The notes below the pieces were generated by a model. It did not search any database, had not been told where the DNA came from, and saw only the letters and a program-made list of their open reading frames with translations. The position numbers and the translations under genes are program-made. A stretch of DNA of 63,693 nt, filler included, from an uncultured Methanosarcinales archaeon (GTDB taxonomy: Archaea > Nanobdellota > Nanobdellia > Woesearchaeales > CALCXY01): assembly GCA_964385185.1 (NCBI GenBank). It is 4 parts of 4 records of this genome, joined end to end, with 100 filler letters (N's around TTAATTAATTAA, not from the genome) between each part and the next. Parts side by side here need not be neighbours in the genome. Positions count along the whole stretch, not along the records: positions 12,607 to 23,069 come from CAYLOA010000004.1; positions 23,170 to 54,893 come from CAYLOA010000014.1; 2 more parts are not named here. The stretch is one strand, 5' to 3'. Shown one piece after another: positions 17,446 to 26,452 of the stretch (the first letter of the stretch is position 1; every line of letters starts with the position of its first letter).

Positions 17446-19776
17446 GTGAACATGACTAAAAATAAGATAGATGATGTAGTGCAACTGATTATTCCACCAT
17501 TATTGGTGGCTCTTTTGACTTTGTCTATCTTTGAATTGTTTACCGACCTTTCTGCTTATGCTATATGGATTGATGTCTTTGATGTCTTTGTGATCATTAT
17601 TTTTGCAATTGATCTTTATCATAGATGGTTTGAGGTTCGGAGTATTGGTCCTTTTCTTAAGAAGTATTGGCCTGATATTATAGCAACTATTCCTTTTAAT
17701 TTAATATTTTTGGGGTTGGATAAATTGGTATTCACTCGTGCATTGCGAGGGGTACGGATTATTGGTCGGGCTAGTAAGTTGACTCGATTTGCAAGATATG
17801 GTAGACTATTGAGATTGATTAGGGTTGGAGCGAGATTACCAAGGTTTTTACGGGTGCGGAAGCATATTAAGAAGGCAAAAATACGGAAAGAGCAACCTCA
17901 CGAACGTGAGATGAAAGGTACTTTGAGTTTTAAGGTTATTTTGCTGATTACTATCAATTCTATCATGGGGACAGGAATTTATTTCTTAGTTGCCGCTGGA
18001 GCAAAGCATGCTGGTCCTGCTTCACTAGTTTCTTGGGCAATACTCTCTGTTATTGCTGTCTATATTGCGATGTGTTTTTCAGAGCTTACTGCTATGTTTC
18101 CTAAGGCTGGGGGAGTGTATGAGTTTGCCAAGCAGGCTTATGGAAGGTTTTGGTCGTTTGTGATAGGTTGGGCTACGTCGATAGCTGGAAGTGTGACGAT
18201 AGCTATGTTGTTATTAGGTGCTCTACAATACGTTATCCCTATACAGTATAGTAGCTGGTATGTTCCGATAGCTATCGGTTTGATTTTGATATTTAATGCA
18301 GTAGCTTATCATGGAATGCAGACATCGACTGTTATGTTAGTAAGTTTTGCTATGGTCACCTTATTTACTGTTCTTGCGATTATTATTCCTAGTTTCTTTA
18401 ATATTTCAATTGAAAATTTTAAGCCTTTTTTTGTTTTTCCAGCGATGAATATTTTACTGAGTATTTTCTTTATTGCTGAGACTTTTTTTGGATGGGAGAG
18501 TGCTGTTTTTTTATCAGCAGAGACGAAAAATCCTACGAAAGTTATGCCAAAGGCTCTTATTTATGGAACTTTGGTTATTGTATTACTTTCCTTTACTTTG
18601 GCATTTACTTCACTAGGAGTTATCCCTTGGGAGCAATTTGGAGAGTCTGCAGCACCTTTAAGAGATATTGGGGGTGCCTTGTTTGGAGCACCTGGATTGC
18701 TTATTTTTGGAGTTTTAGTGTTTATTTCTATTATTGGTGCGGTAGCGTGTTGGATTGTGACAGCACCACGGCTTTTGATGAGTATAGCTGAGGATAAGTT
18801 GTTTTTTGTACAATTTGCTAAGATTCATCCTAAATACAAAAGTCCCTATGTGAGTATTATTTTTCAAGCGCTTGTCGTGAGTATTTTGGTCTATATCGGA
18901 GCAGGTCAGTATGAGACTTTATTACATATGCTTATCCCATTGATTTTATTTATCTATTCTGCTGTGTTGTTGAGTGTTGTGATACTACGATTTAAACAGC
19001 CTAATACCAAGAGACCCTACAAGATTTGGTTTGGAAAGGTAGGTCCCATTATTACTATTGGTTTTTTGATTTTTCTCTTGGTAATGTTTATTCGAGAGAC
19101 ACATGCAGCATGGGATATCTTGAGAATATCAGGATTGCTTGTTGTTTTAGGGATACCGGCTTATTTATTTATTGAAATCTTTTATGATGATAAGTATGTT
19201 ACTTTGCGACGGAATATTATGGCATTTTTCTCTCATTATACTCATCATGTGGCTCTGAAGCATTCCATTTTTAGAAAGATTGTAGGTTATGTGGGGCCTT
19301 TTAAGAAAAATAGTACTATTGTTGATTTTAATTGTGGGACGGGATCTTTCGTTAAGTTGTTGATCAAGGATAAGGTACCGTTTAAGCAGGTCTATGCTGT
19401 TGACAAAGCTAAAGAGGAGATTAAGACGTTTTTAGCCCATATCCCTCAGAAGTTTAAGAAGAAAATTCACGCAAAATACAGGCCTAGTTGGAGTATGCCT
19501 AAACATATTAAGAAGGCAGATGTTTTTGTAAGTTTTGATGCTCTAGGACATGTTTCCGATATTGAGAGTTTTTTGAAAGACGTTAGGAAGGTGCTTAAGA
19601 AAAATGGTAAGTTCTGTTTTCATATTAAGCATCATGTTCTGAATGTGACTCCTAATGCTGTGGTGTTGGATGATAAGAAGGCTATTGTTAAGTTGTTTGC
19701 TAAGCAGAAGTTAAAGGCAACGTATAAACGAGAAGGTGCTTTTACAACTCATATTTTTATTTACGGACGTAAATGA
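17446..19776 (+). CDS. Fusion protein: voltage-sensor-like domain + APC amino-acid permease + class I SAM-methyltransferase-like domain, 776 aa
   Basis: S2 IFAIDLYHR, S3 WPDIIATIP, S4 RALRGVR..RFARYGRLLRLIR; APC NSIMGTG, ELTAMFPKAGG, FFGWE, RPYKI; C-terminal IVDFNCGTG, VLKKNG. Confidence 0.85.
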   Translation: MNMTKNKIDDVVQLIIPPLLVALLTLSIFELFTDLSAYAIWIDVFDVFVIIIFAIDLYHRWFEVRSIGPFLKKYWPDIIATIPFNLIFLGLDKLVFTRALRGVRIIGRASKLTRFARYGRLLRLIRVGARLPRFLRVRKHIKKAKIRKEQPHEREMKGTLSFKVILLITINSIMGTGIYFLVAAGAKHAGPASLVSWAILSVIAVYIAMCFSELTAMFPKAGGVYEFAKQAYGRFWSFVIGWATSIAGSVTIAMLLLGALQYVIPIQYSSWYVPIAIGLILIFNAVAYHGMQTSTVMLVSFAMVTLFTVLAIIIPSFFNISIENFKPFFVFPAMNILLSIFFIAETFFGWESAVFLSAETKNPTKVMPKALIYGTLVIVLLSFTLAFTSLGVIPWEQFGESAAPLRDIGGALFGAPGLLIFGVLVFISIIGAVACWIVTAPRLLMSIAEDKLFFVQFAKIHPKYKSPYVSIIFQALVVSILVYIGAGQYETLLHMLIPLILFIYSAVLLSVVILRFKQPNTKRPYKIWFGKVGPIITIGFLIFLLVMFIRETHAAWDILRISGLLVVLGIPAYLFIEIFYDDKYVTLRRNIMAFFSHYTHHVALKHSIFRKIVGYVGPFKKNSTIVDFNCGTGSFVKLLIKDKVPFKQVYAVDKAKEEIKTFLAHIPQKFKKKIHAKYRPSWSMPKHIKKADVFVSFDALGHVSDIESFLKDVRKVLKKNGKFCFHIKHHVLNVTPNAVVLDDKKAIVKLFAKQKLKATYKREGAFTTHIFIYGRK

Positions 19777-20046
19777 TTATGAAGATTGTGGCTGTACAAT
19801 ACCCAAAATTACTTGTTGAGTTTCATTGTTTTCATCTATAACGGGAATCGTGTATGATCCTGTTTGGATGATGCCTTCTAGGATGTTTCTTTGCTCTAGT
19901 AATTGTCCTTGCTGGACTCCTGTGTTGAATATGGATTGTTGTTGAGCTATTAAGTTTGATCTTAAAGCTTGAAATCCAATAAATGCAACAAGAACGATTA
20001 TTACTATGACTAAACTCACAATGACTGTATTTTTATGATTGCTCAT
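19777..20046 (-). CDS. Small membrane-anchored hypothetical protein
   Basis: N-terminal TM helix; TATA-like box upstream. Confidence 0.65.
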   Translation of the reverse strand: MSNHKNTVIVSLVIVIIVLVAFIGFQALRSNLIAQQQSIFNTGVQQGQLLEQRNILEGIIQTGSYTIPVIDENNETQQVILGIVQPQSS

Positions 20047-20118
20047 GGGAATGGTTAAGGTGAGGTTGTTTATATATTTTACTAGGTTGGAGTAATAGAA
20101 AGAGTTTTAAATCATGTA

Positions 20119-20712
20119 ATGTTTCAGTGCTTTATGGATGAAGAGCGTAGACGTTTAATCATGGGGATTATCCTTGTATTTTTTATGGTGTCTTCCGTAT
20201 TTGGAGTCTTTGTATTTGGGTTTAATGACGGGGCAAGTAGCACCTCTCAAAGATACAATGGACATAAGTTTACTATCTTTCAGAATCAATGGAAAGTTGA
20301 ATTGAACGGAGAGGATAAATTGTTTGATTACTATCCTGAAGATGTGGATTACATTCCCGTTGATTCAGCTGTTTCATCTGCATTTTCAAATGCTAAGATG
20401 GTGTATTTTACTAGTGATGTAGATAGTGCAATGAAGGGACCGATTGCTCAGAGTACCTATGATTTTAATAGAGCTTTAGTTGCTGAAAATATTCATGTTG
20501 TTACTGCTTTTACTGAAGAGAATGAATTTAATTTGCCTGTTGTTACGTGTGCTGAAGCAACACCGACTGTTCCTGTTGTTATGCTTGTAGCAGGAGATAC
20601 TACCAGTGTGTCTACTATTGGAAATTGTATTGTTTTAACAGGAGATAGTGATTATAGTTTTTCAAGATTATCTGAAAGAATACTATATGGATATTACGGA
20701 GTGATAGCATGA
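20119..20712 (+). CDS. Membrane-anchored hypothetical protein, paralog of the next gene
   Basis: N-terminal TM; VTCAEA...GNCIVLTG...ERILYGYYG. Confidence 0.8.
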   Translation: MFQCFMDEERRRLIMGIILVFFMVSSVFGVFVFGFNDGASSTSQRYNGHKFTIFQNQWKVELNGEDKLFDYYPEDVDYIPVDSAVSSAFSNAKMVYFTSDVDSAMKGPIAQSTYDFNRALVAENIHVVTAFTEENEFNLPVVTCAEATPTVPVVMLVAGDTTSVSTIGNCIVLTGDSDYSFSRLSERILYGYYGVIA

Positions 20713-21347
20713 GCGAAGAAAAGAGTACAGAAAAAACACCTATTAGTAAAGATAAGATTTTAATTTATACAGCTATAGGTATTGTTGTTTTAGTGTTAGT
20801 TTTTGTAGCAGCTATTGAGCTCTATGATCCTGAGCCTGAAGTACCTGTTGAGACTTTTCAAGGTTTTGTATTTTTCAAAAAAGCAGATTTTTGGCATTTT
20901 AATTGGCAAAGGGATGCTGAGACTACGTATACTGTAAGTTTACGATTTCATCCTCGAGAAGCTTTAGAAGTTGAGTTAGAAGGAGAAATTTTAGATACTT
21001 TTAACGCTTTTGTTGACAACAATAAAGAAGTGTATGTAACTTTTAATCCACAAGCGGATAACTTTACCTATACTGCTTTAGCAGCAGGTGAGCTTAGTTT
21101 GAGTGTAGCACGTGCATTAGATGTAACTCCTATTGCTGCTTGTACTGAGGATGATGGGACAGAAACTTGTGTGGGTCGTCCTATTGTAACTTGTGATGAT
21201 ACTGACAAAGCAGTTATTTTCTTAGATGATGTCGAAGATGAGACTAAGATTACACTAGAAGATAATTGTTTAATCATTTCTGGTAGAGGGATGGAGAAAT
21301 TACGAGCTGTTGATAGAGTATTGTATCATTGGTATCGTGTTTATTAG
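20709..21347 (+). CDS. Membrane-anchored hypothetical protein
   Basis: N-terminal TM; VTCDD...DNCLIISG...DRVLYHWY; ATGA-type overlap with the previous gene region. Confidence 0.8.
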   Translation: MSEEKSTEKTPISKDKILIYTAIGIVVLVLVFVAAIELYDPEPEVPVETFQGFVFFKKADFWHFNWQRDAETTYTVSLRFHPREALEVELEGEILDTFNAFVDNNKEVYVTFNPQADNFTYTALAAGELSLSVARALDVTPIAACTEDDGTETCVGRPIVTCDDTDKAVIFLDDVEDETKITLEDNCLIISGRGMEKLRAVDRVLYHWYRVY

Positions 21348-21351
21348 TCTT

Positions 21352-22317
21352 TTATCTAAAATAGACTATCTTTACAGTTATGAAGATGAGGTAGAGTCCT
21401 ATTAAGATATATCCTTCTTTTTTATCGTCTTGTCCAATTTTCATATTTCTTTTCAAGAGATAGAGGGCTATAATTGAGGCACAAAACCAGAAAGGGATGT
21501 CGAAGAATAATAAGTTCTTGTCGAAATTGAGTCCTATACTTCCTGCCATGATTGCTCCTAAGGGTAAGGAGAGCATGGGATCTGTTATGTTTGAACCTAA
21601 TAGTGTTCCAATGGAAAGATCTCCTGCTTTCTTTGTGATGGCTCTTATGGCTGTGGAGAGTTCTGGAAGAGCTGTTCCTACCCCTACAATCATGATTCCA
21701 ATAAACGATTGGGCTACACCCCATTGTGATGAGAGTGAGAGGGCTGATTCCACTACATATTTGGATGCTACTAATAATATGGTGAGGCCTATTCCAAATT
21801 TAAACAGTTCTTTGCCAATAGGGCTGTGATGTTTATGGAATGCAGCTGATTTTAGGAATTTTTCATTTTTTGCAACTTTGTATAGGTAGAGGATGTATAG
21901 AATTAAGAGTCCAATGGCTTCAACGATTGTTATTTTGAAATCGGTGTATCCTACAATGAACACTGCAATGATGGAGAAGAGGATCATTTTGCCATCTCTC
22001 CTTAAGGTGTCTTTCGTGGCATACATGGTTCCTAATAGTGCTGTGATGCCTAAGACTAAGGTTATTTGTGTGATGTCTGAACCTAGATTGGTTCCTATAG
22101 CAATTCCTGAAGCTTGGACCCCTTGAGATACTTTATATCCTGAGAATAAGTTGGTCATTATTTCTGGGATTGAAGTTCCGATTGAGATTATGGTTAATCC
22201 AATTAACGTTTGTGAAATTTTTAATTTATGAGCTATTTTTTTTGATGAGTTTACTATGATATCTGATCCATAGTAGAGACATCCTAAGCCGAGGATTAAT
22301 ATTATTAATTCAAACAT
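21352..22317 (-). CDS. Ca2+/Na+ antiporter (CaCA/YrbG family)
   Basis: Alpha repeats GTSIPE...GTNLGS and GTALPE...GTLLGSN. Confidence 0.92.
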   Translation of the reverse strand: MFELIILILGLGCLYYGSDIIVNSSKKIAHKLKISQTLIGLTIISIGTSIPEIMTNLFSGYKVSQGVQASGIAIGTNLGSDITQITLVLGITALLGTMYATKDTLRRDGKMILFSIIAVFIVGYTDFKITIVEAIGLLILYILYLYKVAKNEKFLKSAAFHKHHSPIGKELFKFGIGLTILLVASKYVVESALSLSSQWGVAQSFIGIMIVGVGTALPELSTAIRAITKKAGDLSIGTLLGSNITDPMLSLPLGAIMAGSIGLNFDKNLLFFDIPFWFCASIIALYLLKRNMKIGQDDKKEGYILIGLYLIFITVKIVYFR

Positions 22318-22402
22318 ATAAAAAAAAGAGAAAAAGAGTTTATTAACCTGTTGTTGTTTTTCTTTACATACTTTTTTATATTATATCCGTAACTGAGATT
22401 TT

Positions 22403-22750
22403 ATGGTCAAAGAACGTAAGTATGGGTTTATGGAATTTTTATCACAGCCCAAGGTTTTTATAACTCTATTAGCTTATTCTGTATTTTATTCTACTATACT
22501 TTTGATGGATGTAGGGGAACCTAAAGATGTATCATCAGATCGTATTGCAGAATCAGTGGTGGAAGCTGTTGATCCCAAAGAGGAACATAAAGGAGCCCCA
22601 CACTATATTCTAGAGTTTAATAATACTGATATAGTTCTCGGTTGGTCTGCTTGGATGACTGATGTTGTGCACCCAGATAGGACCAGGGTTAATATTGCTA
22701 GTATTGTTAGGTATTTTATCATGTTTATCACCGAATTATCTATAGTTTAG
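22403..22750 (+). CDS. Hypothetical membrane protein
   Basis: ORF with an N-terminal TM segment and a TATA-like box upstream. Confidence 0.5.
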   Translation: MVKERKYGFMEFLSQPKVFITLLAYSVFYSTILLMDVGEPKDVSSDRIAESVVEAVDPKEEHKGAPHYILEFNNTDIVLGWSAWMTDVVHPDRTRVNIASIVRYFIMFITELSIV

Positions 22751-22791
22751 GGTATATAAATAGGTTGTGAAGGGTGCAAGTGAGGTTGAAG

Positions 22792-23069
22792 TTATGAGTT
22801 ATTTCCTAGAACTAGTTTTAGAAGAGCCATTCTTAGGTATAATCCATTCTTGGCTTGTCTGAAATAGGCGGCTCTTGGATCTGAATCAATTTCAGGGGAG
22901 ATTTCATCTACTCTTGGAAGGGGATGCATAACAATGGCTCCTTCGGACATTTGTTTCATGGTCTCTTTGTTTACTACAAAACAGCCTTTGAGTTTATCAT
23001 AGGCTTCTTTGTCATCGAATCTTTCTTTCTGGATTCTTGTCATATAGAAAATGTCCACTTTGTCTAGGA
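22792..23069 (-). CDS. pyrB: Aspartate carbamoyltransferase catalytic subunit, 3' fragment cut by the contig end
   Basis: YMTRIQKERF, MHPLPRVDEI, YFRQAKNG...RMALL. Confidence 0.93.
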
Positions 23070-23169
23070 NNNNNNNNNNNNNNNNNNNNNNNNNNNNNNN
23101 NNNNNNNNNNNNNTTAATTAATTAANNNNNNNNNNNNNNNNNNNNNNNNNNNNNNNNNNNNNNNNNNNN
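23070..23169. other. Artificial contig joint
   Basis: N-padded TTAATTAATTAA at 23114-23125. Confidence 0.97.
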
Positions 23170-24855
23170 CAATCTAAAATCATGAGAATAACTCGCTGGC
23201 CCATACACAGTTTGAGATTCTATAGGATGTCCTTTTCCTTCCATCTCACTACTAAAAAACCGTTTACTCCTCCAATAAAAAGACCCAAGGGTATATTCTG
23301 GTTTAACCCCTACAAAATTCCTCCCATCTCCACAATCACCCATTGAAGAACAGTAAGATGCGCTACTTGCCACCCACTCCTGCGGAGCTCGAATAGTACG
23401 AATTGTTTGAAATATAGGTTGTCTAAATATAGTTACTTCATTTGCCATCTCGCACACCTGTTCTCCTTGTCCAAGCCAAAACTTAAACCCTGGTGGAACT
23501 TGTGGTGTACATAAACTATTAGGAACTTTCCTCCTTTCAAAAGGGATACCATTCAGGTTCTGTAATGCTAAATCTGCATTCCAATAACAATCTCGTACAT
23601 CATCATCTTGGCATGATCGTCTATCAACTTGATAAGCACAATCTTCCCACCTATTAGGCCTACAAACTGCCTCTCCATTAACTGGTTCCGTACAAAGCCC
23701 TTCCCTATAATCTCTACACTCTTCAACATAAATTTTACCATTATGACAACTCATCTGACTATGACGACTTCCCACTCGATCATAACCCAATCCTGTAATC
23801 CCATCATAAACACACCAAGTCTCTCCATCTCCTTTTCCAAAATTTGTACAATCGTCACACACTCCTCCCAAACACTCATCATCCTCTGAATCATCTTCAG
23901 CGCAAGACTGAGGATTAGAAGTACTATCTCCTCCTTTACTCACACATAACAAAGGATCAACATTGGCATAACAATTATGTTCATCATTCATATCACAATA
24001 AGGAAACAGAAGAGGCTCTTTTTTAGAATCAAGTTTACTTACTGTATCTTCCCCTTGCAAAGCAAAATTAAACTCATATTCTTTCCCTTGACCCTCAACG
24101 AGCATTATCAATCTATACAAAGTATCAGGATAAGGCCTCATCTTTTTAATTCGAATAGTAGAACCATGGGAATCCATCCACTCATCTTTATTAAATTGTC
24201 CCTCTGTAATCTCACTATTTACAATCTCGATTGCTAAATCATACATCCGTCCTAAAGGAACAGCAACATCTGTAGTATAGAATGGAATATTTATTACACT
24301 ACTTCCCTTTTGAATAAGAGTAGGATATGAAATTTTAACATTAATAGAATCATCTACAATCCCCGAATCAATAGCAAGCTCACCGGTTTCTACTTCAAAT
24401 CCTGCATCAGTAAAAATATCATAATTAAAACATCTACTAATTGATTGATCTCGGATTTTAGCATTTAACTCCTTAATCATATCACCTTTTGTGATAAGTT
24501 CACTTACACATCCCTTTCCTGCCTTATGTTTACATAAGTATCGATAAGTCACATCATTAAAACGAATCCCAGTATTACTGAATGGAGTTGAAGAAGAATA
24601 AGTAATCTTAGAAAAACTACCCCCCAAAAAAGTAAGACTGGTAGCCAAATCTTTAGCAATCCCTCCAACACATTGTTCTACATTAGCCTTAAAAGAAGCA
24701 GGGTCAGAAGTTAATTCTTGATTTTGTAAAAGACCTTCCCCTTCAAATGCGGCTTTTTTCTCTCGTGCAACAATCTGCAACGTAACGGCAACACTAATAG
24801 TAATAACCAATGCCAACACTAAAAATAGTGAAATCTGGCCCCTCTTCTTTCCCAT
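23170..24855 (-). CDS. Class III signal peptide, Cys-rich surface protein, 3'-truncated at the contig end
   Basis: MGKKRG/QISLFLVLALVI; N-terminal domain resembles 2320-4401; many Cys in the C-terminal half. Confidence 0.8.
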
Positions 24856-24908
24856 ACCCTATAATTACCAATTTCCCCATATAAATCTTCCGAATACACC
24901 TTGTATAG

Positions 24909-24980
24909 CTCAAACTTGCTCGCTATCGAACTTAAGCAAGTTTGAGGAATAGAAAATCTCCAGGTAAGATTTTCTATAAA
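24909..24980 (+). repeat. Dispersed double-hairpin element, copy B
   Basis: CTCAAACTTGCT..AGCAAGTTTGAG then GA-ATAGAAAATCT-ccaggta-AGATTTTCTAT-AAA. Confidence 0.65.
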
Positions 24981-25012
24981 CATTTATATACATTCTCTGT
25001 CCAAACACTCCT

Positions 25013-25336
25013 ATGGACAAGAAAGATTTAGCGTTACTTCTAGTGATGGCAAGTTTCATATATGTTACTTTATTTCTTTCAGGCTGCGAAGAAGGATGTT
25101 CTGAACAACCAGACTTTCCTGATTTTCCACAACCTGCTCCAAACTGTTTTCTTGAAGGAGATTGTCCCTGCCCGCTTAATCCATTTTGTCCCGATCCAAA
25201 TGGAGAACCAGTAATTACGGATCCACCATGTGTAGGAGATTTAGGAAGTCCAGGGTGTCCTCCAAGACCTCCAGAACCAGAAATTACTCCCCCAGATGCA
25301 CCAAATAATATAACAACCGCAGAATCATTTATCTAA
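25013..25336 (+). CDS. Pro/Cys-rich lipoprotein, probably the N-terminal part of an interrupted gene continuing into 25361-26446
   Basis: Signal peptide with lipobox LSGC; Pro/Cys-rich region. Confidence 0.6.
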   Translation: MDKKDLALLLVMASFIYVTLFLSGCEEGCSEQPDFPDFPQPAPNCFLEGDCPCPLNPFCPDPNGEPVITDPPCVGDLGSPGCPPRPPEPEITPPDAPNNITTAESFI

Positions 25337-25360
25337 GGTTGATTTTAATACTTATTTAAT

Positions 25361-26446
25361 GTGCCTTATCATTATTTATACAAAGCTACTAGAAAAGTAC
25401 ATAATATTAATGGCCAAATAGTCAGAGATCCCTCTCCTGCTGAACTTAACCTATTAACAACAACAGCCCCTGCATGTACCTATGATTTAGGAGACAGTTT
25501 TTATGACTCACGCCAAGGGAAAATTTTCAACTATGATGGATCAGTTATTGACAATGTACAAGAATCAAATATAGATGAAATACGTCAAAGATTACCTGAT
25601 GAAAAAATAGATCTCGGATTTGGATTCTTTGATCCAGACTCTAAAACCATTTTTAATTACGGTGGCACAACAATTAAACAGGCAAGCGCTACTGAAATCC
25701 CAATTATCTTGCAGCAACCTCCAGAAAATACATTTCCCTTCCCTCCAAATTATTATGATCCAAAAACAGGTTTTATCCATAATTTATTTGGAAAAAGATT
25801 AAATAAACCAACTGCAGACCAAATCCTAAGAATAATAAGTCAACCTCCTGCAGGTCCTCCTACCTCCCAACCCACAAACATTGCTCCAGAAATAAAAGAG
25901 TTAAAAGATCTACCAGTAAGAGAAGATCAAATCATACAAGATATTAATATTGATGATATTGTATCTGATAAAGAAGATCCTCAAGGAGACCTGTCCTTAA
26001 GAGTATTCTCAGGTGATGCTGAGAAATTAAGTGCAACTGTAATTCAGAATCTAATAACAAGATTAATCCTAATTCCAAATGCTATAGGAACGGTACCAGT
26101 CACATTTACCATTGAAGATACAGATGGGCTGGAATCTTCTAAAACTATTAATGTAATAATTGCTCCAGAAAATGACGCACCAACAATATTAAGTCTCCCT
26201 CCAAGAATAGCATCATCAAGATTGGAATATATCTATGAAATCCAAGGGTTTGATGTAGATGGAGATCTTATTGCATTTGAATTATTTGATAGTCCAGAAA
26301 ATGTGATCCTCACCCCCTCAGGAATAGACACAGCAAGAGTATCATTTCAACCAGAAAAAAGAGGAACTACAGAACTCATAACCGTTTTAGTGAAAGATCA
26401 ATTTGGTGGACAAGGACATCAATCTTGGCAAGTAGAAGTAAGATAA
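25361..26446 (+). CDS. Surface protein with four approx. 40-aa aromatic repeats and two cadherin/Ig-like domains
   Basis: Repeats (F/Y)(F/Y)DPxxGxI(F/H)NxxG; VREDQ, DKED, IEDTDG, ENDAP, DVDGD motifs. Confidence 0.75.
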   Translation: MPYHYLYKATRKVHNINGQIVRDPSPAELNLLTTTAPACTYDLGDSFYDSRQGKIFNYDGSVIDNVQESNIDEIRQRLPDEKIDLGFGFFDPDSKTIFNYGGTTIKQASATEIPIILQQPPENTFPFPPNYYDPKTGFIHNLFGKRLNKPTADQILRIISQPPAGPPTSQPTNIAPEIKELKDLPVREDQIIQDINIDDIVSDKEDPQGDLSLRVFSGDAEKLSATVIQNLITRLILIPNAIGTVPVTFTIEDTDGLESSKTINVIIAPENDAPTILSLPPRIASSRLEYIYEIQGFDVDGDLIAFELFDSPENVILTPSGIDTARVSFQPEKRGTTELITVLVKDQFGGQGHQSWQVEVR

Positions 26447-26452
26447 CAAAAA

